Positions 37,573 to 47,327 are shown, counted from the first letter of the stretch. The stretch: DNA of 64,000 nucleotides from Spirochaetales bacterium (GCA_012838275.1 DUPO01000188.1:7623-71622), one strand, 5' to 3'. The notes: generated by a model not told the origin, from the letters alone. Program-made: numbers and translations.

Positions 37573-38482
37573 TCCTTTTGAGTCTGTAGTTTTTCTGTTC
37601 GGACCCACGGGCGTAGGGAAAACTGAACTTCTTTTGGATCTTGATCCTGAGAAGTATTCCGTGGTCAATGCCGACTCCATCCAAGTGTACAGACACTTGG
37701 ATATCGGGTCGGCCAAGGCCAACACCGAAACACTTCAAGCAATTAAGCACTATCTTATCGACGTTTATGACCCCTGGCAGCAATTCAGCGTAGGGGATTT
37801 CGTCGCGTATGCCGATGAGGCATGCCGTGAGATCCACGCACAGGGGAAAATCCCTGTCCTCAGTGGTGGCACGGCTTTCTATTTCAAACATTTTTACTTT
37901 GGCCTGGCTGAAGCTCCTCCCAGTGATGAAGGTGTGCGTCAGCGCTTGGCTGAAGAGATTAGAGTTCGTGGGGATGCTTGGGCATTTGAGCGCCTGACTC
38001 AAGTTGACCCTCTCTCCGCCAAACGGATACACCCTTCGGACATGTACAGGGTCTCGCGTGCCTTGGAAGTCTATGAAGGTTCGGGCAGGCCCTTAAGCAG
38101 CTACAAGATACCCTCTACCCCACGAAACGGGATGAAGCCTCTCATACTCGGTCTCTGGCGGGAGGGGGATGAGCTGAAACAGCGAATAGCATTGAGGGTC
38201 GGTCAGATGTTCGCTGAGGGTTTGGTCGATGAGATACGCCGTCTTATCGAGATGGGGGCATCTGAGAGCTGGCCGGGCCTGCAAGGCATTGGCTATAAGG
38301 AGTTCTTCCAGGCGAGGAAGAGCGGTGAGGCCTCCCTGTCCATGGTACGGGAACAGATCGACCGCAACAGTCGCTTCTATGCAAAGCGGCAGATGACCTT
38401 CTTCAAGAGCTTTGCCTCTGTACATTGGATGAATCCGAAAGATAAAAGAGAGATACTCTCCCTTATTGAGGGATATCGATAG
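37538..38482 (+). CDS. miaA: tRNA dimethylallyltransferase (start uncertain)
   Basis: GPTGVGKT, ADSIQVY, DIGSAK, GGTAFY, IGYKE, YAKRQMTF. Confidence 0.93.
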   Translation: MKSTSKPLTCSNPFESVVFLFGPTGVGKTELLLDLDPEKYSVVNADSIQVYRHLDIGSAKANTETLQAIKHYLIDVYDPWQQFSVGDFVAYADEACREIHAQGKIPVLSGGTAFYFKHFYFGLAEAPPSDEGVRQRLAEEIRVRGDAWAFERLTQVDPLSAKRIHPSDMYRVSRALEVYEGSGRPLSSYKIPSTPRNGMKPLILGLWREGDELKQRIALRVGQMFAEGLVDEIRRLIEMGASESWPGLQGIGYKEFFQARKSGEASLSMVREQIDRNSRFYAKRQMTFFKSFASVHWMNPKDKREILSLIEGYR

Positions 38483-39947
38483 CTGTCGTCTCTTTGCGGT
38501 AGGTAGGTACCTTGAGGCTCCCCAGCCTGCGCAGGGTCCTGTTTTCAAGGGAGGTGATCTCAAGCCATCCCCGTTTGCTGGGCTCTATCCTAAAATATTG
38601 CACCTGTTCATACCTGAAAATAATCAGTTCGCCCTCCTCGGCAATGGCACCCTCCTGATCTTCGAAATATGGGAAGGGGGAGTAAAGTATGCTGCTCACC
38701 TCGTAGTCAGTAGTATTGATCGCCCTGATGGTGACGTCGGTAATTCCATAGAGGAAAGTCCCTTCCAGCAGTGGCGGCCTGCCACTCCCTATCCAGGTGT
38801 TGGGGTCTATCTGTGTGTCGATGCCCTCATAGGCCTTGCGTGTCTGGCGTGAGACAAATAGGTTGGTCACCTCCATGGCCGCAGGGTTTTTGGCTTTCTT
38901 TCCTAAAGAAGCTTCCATCTTCTGCAGATCAAGTTCATTCTGCGCGGTATAGTACTCTTGGATGACCTGTTCAGCAGCCATTCCTGCCGTATATGGGGGA
39001 GCAAGGGCATCTCTGATCCTACCGGTGGTAAACCAGACTACAAGCGTGACCGCTACAACGACGCTGATAACTATCCAACCCTTTTTTCTCCAGAAAACAC
39101 TTCTGTCCGACCGTTTCTTCTGATCCTCCAAAAATGGTGCGCTGGAGCCTACATTTCTCATATCTTCATAGCTAGGGGCCTCAGTACGGTTCTTTAGGTT
39201 CCATTCGAGGCCCTCTGTAGCCTCTACAAACCAAAAGAGAGCTTTCTGGGTTTCTAGGTTTGCACTGGCTTCACGCTGCTTTGACAAGCTTAAGCGTAGG
39301 GTTGCGTCGATAAATGCCATGCTTTTCTGTTCCAGCCCCACTGAGCTCAAACTGAGAGGAAGAGCCCTAAACCCATCCTCCCTGGTCTCTTTGGCCCCGA
39401 AAGGGGGAAAGCCCATCGCGGCAAAGTAGAGCAGCTGGGTCATCTGGTCACAGAGTGAGAAGGGGGTATGGATACCATGGTGCACCCATGCTGACAGCAT
39501 GCTGTAACGTACATCATCTTCGGCACAGGAAGAGAAAAGGTCCGCCAGATCCTGACTTAGGATAAGGAATCCCCCCTCCTCAATACCCCATATCCTCCAG
39601 ATGGGGAGGGTATTGCTGGAAAGGTCGAGGAAGGTGAGGGGAAGCATCTCAAGGGCTTGGGCTAGCTCCCTGATCAGGGGGAGGGCATCGCTTCGCTTGG
39701 TTGTTGCAATATCGGTGATGGGAAAGAGGTTGATGCTTTCGAAGTAGAGACAGCGCTGGTCATCCGCCACGGCAAACCCTTCCCAATACCATTTTTTGGG
39801 TTTTTCTCCCGGGACAATGATGTATCCGGGGCTTTTCTGCCCCTGCAGCAGATAGGAGGGAAGGCTCACTCCCTTGGGACCTATAGCGATGCAGGTATAG
39901 GGTTTCTGTTCGATGACAGATGTGAAGACTCTAGGGGAAACAACCAT
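38463..39947 (-). CDS. Single-pass membrane protein with pseudokinase-like N-terminal region
   Basis: RBS and ATG immediately after the amrB-like stop. LLYFAAMGFPPF motif, one TM (GWIVISVVVAVTLVVWF). Confidence 0.65.
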   Translation of the reverse strand: MVVSPRVFTSVIEQKPYTCIAIGPKGVSLPSYLLQGQKSPGYIIVPGEKPKKWYWEGFAVADDQRCLYFESINLFPITDIATTKRSDALPLIRELAQALEMLPLTFLDLSSNTLPIWRIWGIEEGGFLILSQDLADLFSSCAEDDVRYSMLSAWVHHGIHTPFSLCDQMTQLLYFAAMGFPPFGAKETREDGFRALPLSLSSVGLEQKSMAFIDATLRLSLSKQREASANLETQKALFWFVEATEGLEWNLKNRTEAPSYEDMRNVGSSAPFLEDQKKRSDRSVFWRKKGWIVISVVVAVTLVVWFTTGRIRDALAPPYTAGMAAEQVIQEYYTAQNELDLQKMEASLGKKAKNPAAMEVTNLFVSRQTRKAYEGIDTQIDPNTWIGSGRPPLLEGTFLYGITDVTIRAINTTDYEVSSILYSPFPYFEDQEGAIAEEGELIIFRYEQVQYFRIEPSKRGWLEITSLENRTLRRLGSLKVPTYRKETTAIDIPQ

Positions 39948-39948
39948 T

Positions 39949-40803
39949 TCAGACCTCTTTCCTTTTTGCACTGGCATGCCAGACAATACGTTCTTTTGTT
40001 ATGAATTCATGGGGAATTCGGGCAAAGGGTTCACCCTCTGTGCTAAAGGAGGTAAAAACCCACCCGTTATTTCCCCATTTCTGATAGCGCAAGGCTTCAA
40101 AGGCAGCTATGCCACAACTGCTGATCTGCTTTGATCGTAAGCTCTCAAGCAGAGGCTCTCCATCTTCCAGCAACCTGACAAGCGTAGAGGCATGCTCTGT
40201 TGCCAGCTTTGATGGGAGGTTTGCATTCAGGTTTGCAGAGAGTACGAACAGGGTCTCTGGAACCAGGGCTGTTATCTTCTCCAGAATTGAGGCATATGTC
40301 CTGCACTCCGTTGCATCGTGGGTATTGGTGAGCATAGGCAGCACCGGCACCCCCTTTGCATAGGAATCTGTCAGGGGGAGGGTAAGTTCGACCGCAGGCT
40401 CCTCAATGAAGTAGCTGTTCTCCGCCTTGATATCATCACCGAAGAGCGAGAGCAGGGTATTCCGTATCTCTGTAGCATAGTGAATATCGGTATGGGGCAG
40501 CCTGATACCCTCTCCTGTCGGGACGAAGAGGAAGTGCGGCTTGTCCACATCCAACGCCTCCTGGTGCAGTGGAGCGAGTATTACAACCAGTTTTGGCTGC
40601 AGGGAGGAAACGGCAAGGAAGCTTTTATGCAACAGCTTCAGGACATGCGTATAGCTGGCATGGGGGGTGAGGATCGCAGAGGGGAGGCTTGATAGCTTAT
40701 CCCCTTTGTCTGTCTGTCCGATCCGTATTGCGCACTGGGCGGAGAGGGTCTCCCTGTCATGAGGGTAAAATATGGTGTGATGTTCACTTTTATGCATCTT
40801 CAT
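39949..40803 (-). CDS. MEMO1 / AmmeMemoRadiSam protein B-like (degenerate)
   Basis: IFYPHD, ILTPHASY, LAPLH, SCG motifs of the Memo fold. Confidence 0.7.
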   Translation of the reverse strand: MKMHKSEHHTIFYPHDRETLSAQCAIRIGQTDKGDKLSSLPSAILTPHASYTHVLKLLHKSFLAVSSLQPKLVVILAPLHQEALDVDKPHFLFVPTGEGIRLPHTDIHYATEIRNTLLSLFGDDIKAENSYFIEEPAVELTLPLTDSYAKGVPVLPMLTNTHDATECRTYASILEKITALVPETLFVLSANLNANLPSKLATEHASTLVRLLEDGEPLLESLRSKQISSCGIAAFEALRYQKWGNNGWVFTSFSTEGEPFARIPHEFITKERIVWHASAKRKEV

Positions 40804-42223
40804 CCTCCGAAAGTAGTCTTGCAAGGCGTCCTTCGTCCAGTGTTACCGAAAGATTTTTCTCTTGAGTTGGTATGACCTCTCCGGTCTTCCCTTTCTTGGG
40901 TCGCCTGAGATACTTTACCTGCGTGTAGTAGAGGTCTGCCTTGCCCTGGTTCTTGGCCTTGCTGAAGACAAGGGCGAGGTTTGCCGCATCAAGGAGCACA
41001 TCCAAGGGGACGCTCTTGTCCCTTTTGAATTTGATGAATACATATCCTCCCGGGGTGTCGCGCGTATGCATCCAGTAGTCGTTTCCTCGTACCCAGCGGC
41101 GCAGAAGCTCATCATTTTCCTTGGCATTCCGTCCTACCAGCAGCGTAAACTGCCCGCTTTGAATGGTGAGCCCCGGGGATCTGACCTTGGTCACCTTGTC
41201 TGCAGTCTCACTTCCCAGTTCACGTTTCAGGAGCCGGATGTCTGATTTTTCATCCCCGCTGGAGGTGAGAAGCCTGGCATACTTAGCCACACAAGCTTGC
41301 AGTTCAAGCTGGACCTTCTCGTACTCCGCCCTGGCATTCTCGAAGGTGCCTTTCAACCTTTGGTAACGCTCATAGTAGTTCTGGATCTGGAGACTGGGGC
41401 GAATGGTTTCCTTCAGGGGGATGGTGATTCTCTCTGCGCTCTCCCAGTCGTCAACCTCAATAGATGTCGAATGCTTTTCGATCAGGTGGATATTGGCACT
41501 GAGCAGGTCCCCCATCTTCTTGAAATGCTCGAACTTCCCGCTTTCGGCCATCTTCCGTTCGAGGGAAAGCGCACTTGACTCTATCTGCTGTACCTCCCTG
41601 TCACGTTTGCGCCGTATCTTGAGCAGCAGGTCTTCGAGTGTCTGGGAATTGCTGGCCTGACCGTACTCCTCCTCTATCTGGCGATTGAATGAGGTTTCGC
41701 CTCGCTCGCGGATGGGGAACTTGCCCCCGTCATCCGGTTTCTCTTCAGGAGGGACAAAGACAGCTCCGCTTTTCTCTCCCCTGTTGGGGCGGCGATAGAG
41801 CAGGTCCAAAATAGTGTTGTCCTCATCGGTTATGAAGATGTTTGCTCCAGGGCCGCTATAGAAACGAAAATGGAGGTAGAGCGTGCGACCGTGATTGTCC
41901 GCCTTCAAGGTGATCATGCGGTCAAAAGGAGTCTGTGCGACACTTACTATCCTGGCCCCTTCCAGGTTGGCACGACAGAACTGCACAAATCTCTGGAGCT
42001 TGGCTGTCTTTCCCATCTGCTGTACGGCGATGGGGTGGCTAGCCATATGCATCCGGCTGTAGGGGGTGCCGACCTCCGTATACAACGTCCATCTGCCATG
42101 GCTGGGATGGTATAGGTGCCAGCTCAACGAGTGAAAGTCGTGCTGTACCACAGATTGCAGGCTACTTCCCTCCAAGGGGAGCTCTTCCAGTATGAGCGCA
42201 AGTTCACGCCAGTTTAACGACAT
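40790..42223 (-). CDS. NFACT family protein (RqcH/FbpA-like)
   Basis: N-terminal NFACT-N, coiled coil, GRNAKENDEL...DYWMHTRDTPGGYV NFACT-R domain. Confidence 0.9.
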   Translation of the reverse strand: MSLNWRELALILEELPLEGSSLQSVVQHDFHSLSWHLYHPSHGRWTLYTEVGTPYSRMHMASHPIAVQQMGKTAKLQRFVQFCRANLEGARIVSVAQTPFDRMITLKADNHGRTLYLHFRFYSGPGANIFITDEDNTILDLLYRRPNRGEKSGAVFVPPEEKPDDGGKFPIRERGETSFNRQIEEEYGQASNSQTLEDLLLKIRRKRDREVQQIESSALSLERKMAESGKFEHFKKMGDLLSANIHLIEKHSTSIEVDDWESAERITIPLKETIRPSLQIQNYYERYQRLKGTFENARAEYEKVQLELQACVAKYARLLTSSGDEKSDIRLLKRELGSETADKVTKVRSPGLTIQSGQFTLLVGRNAKENDELLRRWVRGNDYWMHTRDTPGGYVFIKFKRDKSVPLDVLLDAANLALVFSKAKNQGKADLYYTQVKYLRRPKKGKTGEVIPTQEKNLSVTLDEGRLARLLSEDEDA

Positions 42224-43568
42224 TGTCTCTCCGTAGGGTATCGTAAGCTGTTTTTACCCCGCCTGCAAGATAGAACGATCCGCAGACGAGGATGGCCGCA
42301 CCGGGTGGTGTGTTGGCCATAGCGTTTGCAAGAGCCTGCCCATTGTCCTCTATCAGGCGGATGTCATACTCTGTCGGGCGTGTGGTGGCCAACTGCCTGA
42401 GTTGTTGTTCGATGAGGGAGATATCGCTCTTCTTGAACGTTCCAGGTCTGGATATGATGACTTTACTGAAGTGATCAAGGACCAAGGATCCCATATGGGT
42501 GTGGTCCTTATCCTCCAAAGCCCCGTAAATGATCGTATTTTCCTTTGAGGGGTGGAGGGAAGAGAAGGATTCGAGCAAGGCCTGGAGCGAGTGTGAGGTA
42601 TGGGCTCCGTCCAGATAGATGTCAGGGGCATCCGAAATCTTTTGGAACCTCCCGGGAAGTGTGTTGCGTTGCAGGGCATCTGCTGTATGTTCGCCGAAAA
42701 GCCCTAGCTTTCTGAGCACCATGAGGGCAAGGGCGCAGTTTTGGGCTTGGACCTTGCCCATCATGGAGAGAGTGAGCCGCTCATGGGTCTTGTCTTTCCA
42801 CCAGTACTCTACGATCTCTCCCCCGCTGGTGATCTTGTAGCTGTAGGTAAGGAGCTCTTCAGAGAGGGTGGTGACAGGACTCTGCTGCTGTTGTGCCTCC
42901 TTTTTAAAGACCTCCATTACGGCAGGCTCCTGGTAGCCGATGAAGCAAGGAACCTTATGTTTGATGATTTTGCTTTTTTCATAGGCTATCTTTTCCAACG
43001 TGTCACCGAGGATCTTCGTATGTTCCATCTCTATGGGGCAGAGGACAGTAGCATCTGCAATGATGGTATTCGTCGCATCGAGGCGACCACCCAGCCCGGT
43101 CTCTATGACGGCCCACTGGCACCCTGAAAGGGAGAAGAGCAGATAGGCAAAGGAGGTGAACAGCTCGAAGGTGGTCGGATAGGTCTCTCCCCACTGGTCA
43201 CTGAAGCTGAATCCCTCAAGCCTGCATCTGAGTTCGTTGCCTGCTTCGATCAGCTGGCTGTCAGGAAAAAAGGTGCCGCTTTGGGTGAAGCGCTCGCGGT
43301 AGTCGACCAGATGTGGAGATACATACAAGCCTGTCTTGTACCCTAGGGAGGTAAGACCGCTTGCCAGATAGGAGGCTGTGGAGCCTTTGCCCTTGGATCC
43401 TGCAAGATGGATCTTCTTGAAGGATAGTTCAGGGTTGCCAATATAGGAGAGGATCGCATGCATGCGATCCAGACGATAGGTTCTGGTGGTATAGTGGTCT
43501 GTCTGCTTTTCCAGGTTGGTAAAGCTTTCCATGTAGGTGACCACCTCTTGGAAAGAAGTAAACTGCAT
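42204..43568 (-). CDS. folC: Folylpolyglutamate synthase / dihydrofolate synthase
   Basis: HLAGSKGKGS, SPHLVDYRER, ETGLGGRLDATN, LDGAHT, GSFYL. Confidence 0.93.
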   Translation of the reverse strand: MQFTSFQEVVTYMESFTNLEKQTDHYTTRTYRLDRMHAILSYIGNPELSFKKIHLAGSKGKGSTASYLASGLTSLGYKTGLYVSPHLVDYRERFTQSGTFFPDSQLIEAGNELRCRLEGFSFSDQWGETYPTTFELFTSFAYLLFSLSGCQWAVIETGLGGRLDATNTIIADATVLCPIEMEHTKILGDTLEKIAYEKSKIIKHKVPCFIGYQEPAVMEVFKKEAQQQQSPVTTLSEELLTYSYKITSGGEIVEYWWKDKTHERLTLSMMGKVQAQNCALALMVLRKLGLFGEHTADALQRNTLPGRFQKISDAPDIYLDGAHTSHSLQALLESFSSLHPSKENTIIYGALEDKDHTHMGSLVLDHFSKVIISRPGTFKKSDISLIEQQLRQLATTRPTEYDIRLIEDNGQALANAMANTPPGAAILVCGSFYLAGGVKTAYDTLRRDNVVKLA

Positions 43569-43634
43569 AGCTGTAAACACCTCGCGACAACTGTAATAGC
43601 ATACGCGCCTTTGGTCAACGAGAGGTGCTTTGGC

Positions 43635-46600
43635 TTATGGCTTTACGAGGACATCTTCTGCTGTGTCGGCGCTGAGAATCCTATCCATCTCGTCTAGGAC
43701 GCCTTGGGTAAGGGGGCCAAAGTCAAACATTGGCCTGAGACGGGCAAACAGTGGACGCACGAAATGTCTCAACTGGCTCTTGTCCTTCTCCAAGGTGCTT
43801 TTGCTTTGAAGGGTGAGAACGGTAACTTCTGAAGGAGAGTAATAGGTTCCAACCTCCTTGAATCCGAACTTCTTGTAGAGTTTTATGGTCTTCAGGTCGT
43901 CGGCAAATACATCGATGACTAGGTTCTCGACCCCCTGGCTGCGGGCGAGCAGGAAGACCAGAATGATGAGACCGATGGAGGCGGAGGTGTTTCTCATCTC
44001 CGGCAGGACCGCAAGGCGGATAATTTCAGAGCAGTTGCGTGATTGCAACACCGATTCAATGTCGAAATACTCGGAGATGGGCAAGGGCCAGAAATGCTCG
44101 CTTGTCATCAGGGAGACAGTCCCGACCGGATGCAGCCCCTTGAAGGCCAGGATGTGCATCGCCTTCTCGTCCTCTTGCCGGTGGATGGACTCCTCTAGGT
44201 AGCCTTTTTCCCCGACCAGCACCTTCCTTTGGATAAAGAACACATCATTCATCCCTGCCTGATCATTGACCAGAGCGAATCGAATGATGTCCCTTCTCTC
44301 ATCATTGGCTGGGAATATAATGGTAAATTCCGTGCCTACACCAATTTCGCTTTTCACTCTGATCCTCCCTCCCATCTTGTCTACAATATTATAACAGTTG
44401 GAGAGCCCGAGGCCTGTGCCCGAACCCGGTGCCTTTGTAGTGAAGAAAGGGGTGAATATCTGGTTGATATCCTCGTCTGCGATACCGCACCCGGTATCTG
44501 CGATCCTGATGGTTACCAGCCCGTCACTCTCTATGCAGGAGAGTGTGAGCGTCCCATCACCGTCCATGGCTTGGATGGCGTTTACAATGAAGTTCAAGAA
44601 GAGCTGTTGCAGCTTGCCTTCGTTTGCTTCAAGGAAGGGAAGGGCGTGGTAGTTCCTTCTGACATCGATATTCTGGGAGTCTATGCCCCGCAATGCTAGT
44701 CTGAGGGAAAATTCCAGTATCCTTACGAGTTCTACGGATTGGTCCTCTTTGGCCTCGTCATTCTCTTCTTTTCGAGAGTAGAGAGCAAGCTCTCTTATGA
44801 CATCCGCGGCTGCCTTTGAATAGGAGAGAATATCCTCTAGATATTCGTGGTGGGCATGGTTTTGCTCCACTTCACTAAGCATGATCTCTGTGGTGCCGAG
44901 GATCCCTGCAAGCGGATTGTTCAGCTCATGGGCGATTCCGGCAGCCAAGGTTCCGATACCTGCCATCTTCTCAGTCCTTACCAGCTCCTCTTGCAGTTTT
45001 TTCTGTTCGGTAATGTCGTTTATGATCTCAATGAATACATTCTTGGCATTCTCAGGTACCTTCACATTATGGAACTGAAAGGAGTAGATCTTATCCTTGA
45101 TCGTAGTCTCCGTCTCCTCCACAGCTCCGTTGTGCAGGCAGTCGAGGGCCTGGCAGAACGGACAGGGCCTCGAACGCTGGAAGAAGGCTCGATAGCATTT
45201 GCTTCCTATGAGGCAGTTCTTGTTGTTGCCGAAGAATGCGACAGCAGCTGTGTTTGCTTCCTGGATGGTGAAGTCGATGTCGATCAGGCATACGGGGGAA
45301 GCTATGCCGTTGAAGATGGCCTCCATCTTGTTCTTGCTTATGGTAAGCTCATCTCCCTGTTCCTTGAGCCGTTCGAAGGAAAGGGCGTTTTCCAGTGAGA
45401 GGGAACTTTGGGCAGCGAGGATTTCAAGCGCTTCAAGCTCGATCGGGCTGATAAGGGATTTGGTATAGTCATATCCGATGAGAATGTATCCTGCGATTTG
45501 TTTCCTGAAGACAAGGGGTATGAGCACATCGGCAGGAGGGAGTTGGGCGCTGACTTCGAAGCGCTGCTCGTCTGGGTTCACATTGAGTATTGAAGAGGTG
45601 TTTTCAAGCCTGAGTTTATGGAGTTTCTCCTCTACGATCGGGGGGAAGTTGAAGAGTACCTCATCTCCCTCCTGCAAGGAGGTCGGGCATTTGCTGTTGG
45701 CCACCATGGTGAATTCCCCGTTACTGTCCAGGCGTTTCACTACAAATATGACCCATTCGGTTTTCAGTCCGGAACTCAGGTTTTTCACCACCTCGTCACC
45801 CAGTTCCTTGAGATTGACTATTGTCGTCAGCTTATGGCTGAGATTCTTGATGGTTGTCTGGTAGGGGTGCCGTTTGGGGATGATGACGCTGTCGACCAGA
45901 TATACGAGCAGGTTCCTTACCGGATGGATGATTATGGCAGTCACCACTCCGAGGATGAGTGTGAGTTGCAACGTGTTTCCTGTGAACAGATTGCTGTTGA
46001 ATAGCTGGATTACGAATATGATGATGTAATATGATACTGAGGCTACGATGATCAGGATGGTGGAGTAGATGATGTTGATGGCAATGCGTGAGTAGCTGAT
46101 CAGCTTGTACCTGTAGATGGTGTAGAAGAGCAACAGGGCATTGATGGTGGCTGCAAATATGTCGATGGGGTATTTTCCCAGTTTAGGGAAAATGTTCATG
46201 AAGATACCGATGAGCATGACCACTACTCCGATAAGGGGAAGCAGCAGGTTTTTGTGGGTCTTCTTCAGCGGTTTGTATTTGGTCCCGAAGAGAAGGATGA
46301 TGAGGGTGAGTATCAGATAGGCGTAGCTGATCGAGTAAGCCGAAATGTATCCCGGTGCCAGGTTGTAGTAGAAAGCCCCATCAGCGGTGAAGCCTGCGGA
46401 TTGCACGATATTACCGGTGAAGTTGAGGATCATGAGGGGGATGATCAGGAGATAACTTATGGCGATGAATATCCTGATGGACCGTTTGCGTATTTCCAGC
46501 ATATCAACGATGAAGTTGCTCAGGGCGAAGGGTACTGATACCAACCCTATGAGCATGACCCTATTCCAGAAGATAGGTGTCATGAAGCCGCTGTTGAGGT

Positions 46601-46763
46601 GCATCATCATCGAGCCGAAACTCCAGATGGAGACAAAGACCATATAGAGCTGGAATGACCAGTAGAATCCATCCTTCTTATACTGCATGAAACCGAACAC
46701 AGCAAAAAACACATAGAGTATAAAAGCCACTGCAGGTATGATTGTGGATATGTCAATGATCAT
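43635..46763 (-). CDS. Sensor histidine kinase: multi-TM (HisKA_7TM-like)-GAF-PAS-HisKA-HATPase plus C-terminal FeeM/LuxI-like GNAT domain
   Basis: H-box AHELNNPL, N-box NAIQAM, G1 DTGCGI, F-box PFFTTK, G2 GTGLGLS. A further ~220 aa follow with VGTVSL, EIIRLAV, LYKKFGF. Confidence 0.9.
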   Translation of the reverse strand: MIIDISTIIPAVAFILYVFFAVFGFMQYKKDGFYWSFQLYMVFVSIWSFGSMMMHLNSGFMTPIFWNRVMLIGLVSVPFALSNFIVDMLEIRKRSIRIFIAISYLLIIPLMILNFTGNIVQSAGFTADGAFYYNLAPGYISAYSISYAYLILTLIILLFGTKYKPLKKTHKNLLLPLIGVVVMLIGIFMNIFPKLGKYPIDIFAATINALLLFYTIYRYKLISYSRIAINIIYSTILIIVASVSYYIIIFVIQLFNSNLFTGNTLQLTLILGVVTAIIIHPVRNLLVYLVDSVIIPKRHPYQTTIKNLSHKLTTIVNLKELGDEVVKNLSSGLKTEWVIFVVKRLDSNGEFTMVANSKCPTSLQEGDEVLFNFPPIVEEKLHKLRLENTSSILNVNPDEQRFEVSAQLPPADVLIPLVFRKQIAGYILIGYDYTKSLISPIELEALEILAAQSSLSLENALSFERLKEQGDELTISKNKMEAIFNGIASPVCLIDIDFTIQEANTAAVAFFGNNKNCLIGSKCYRAFFQRSRPCPFCQALDCLHNGAVEETETTIKDKIYSFQFHNVKVPENAKNVFIEIINDITEQKKLQEELVRTEKMAGIGTLAAGIAHELNNPLAGILGTTEIMLSEVEQNHAHHEYLEDILSYSKAAADVIRELALYSRKEENDEAKEDQSVELVRILEFSLRLALRGIDSQNIDVRRNYHALPFLEANEGKLQQLFLNFIVNAIQAMDGDGTLTLSCIESDGLVTIRIADTGCGIADEDINQIFTPFFTTKAPGSGTGLGLSNCYNIVDKMGGRIRVKSEIGVGTEFTIIFPANDERRDIIRFALVNDQAGMNDVFFIQRKVLVGEKGYLEESIHRQEDEKAMHILAFKGLHPVGTVSLMTSEHFWPLPISEYFDIESVLQSRNCSEIIRLAVLPEMRNTSASIGLIILVFLLARSQGVENLVIDVFADDLKTIKLYKKFGFKEVGTYYSPSEVTVLTLQSKSTLEKDKSQLRHFVRPLFARLRPMFDFGPLTQGVLDEMDRILSADTAEDVLVKP

Positions 46764-46820
46764 GGAGGATCCTTTTTTACTTTCAAATGAAGATGATTTG
46801 TATTAGTATAGAGCCATTAT

Positions 46821-47327
46821 ATGGGATTAATCAAACTGTTTCTTATAGGAGCCACCGGATATTTGCTTGCAGGACTCTACGATGTGGCTATTTTGTATGA
46901 CAAGCCCTTGGTGAGGAAGCTCCTCTATGTAGGGTTTTTCATCACGGCAGTACCGTACCCGGTGATTTTTTTCACCAGGGTCTCGCCCCTGCCCGGCTTT
47001 GCCGCCTGGATCGTCTTTCCCCTGGTCATACCCTTTGCCCTGCTGCTGGTCTATTCGGTATTGGTGGAGATCGCACTGCATTCGGGAAGCAGTGGGAAAC
47101 TTTACCAAGGGGGTACCTATAAAATATCTAGACACCCCGGTTTCATATGGTATACAGTGATCAATATGTTGGTTTCTATATACTATTGGAACTATCATGT
47201 TACTATGCTTTTTCTAGGACTCACCCTATGCAATCTTGTCCTGATAACTGTGGAGGACCGGATACTTTTCCCTAGGATGTTTGATGAGTACAGGGAGTAT
47301 AGAAGAAGCACGCCATTCATTCTGTAG
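46821..47327 (+). CDS. ICMT/PEMT-like membrane methyltransferase-family protein
   Basis: 4-5 TM helices, GTYKISRHPGF, EDRILFPRMFDEYREYRRSTPF. Confidence 0.7.
   Translation: MGLIKLFLIGATGYLLAGLYDVAILYDKPLVRKLLYVGFFITAVPYPVIFFTRVSPLPGFAAWIVFPLVIPFALLLVYSVLVEIALHSGSSGKLYQGGTYKISRHPGFIWYTVINMLVSIYYWNYHVTMLFLGLTLCNLVLITVEDRILFPRMFDEYREYRRSTPFIL

Noticed and set aside
38751-38761. RNase P signature GAGGAAAGTCC
   Set aside because: Inside a CDS on the opposite strand, and the other RNase P conserved regions are missing.
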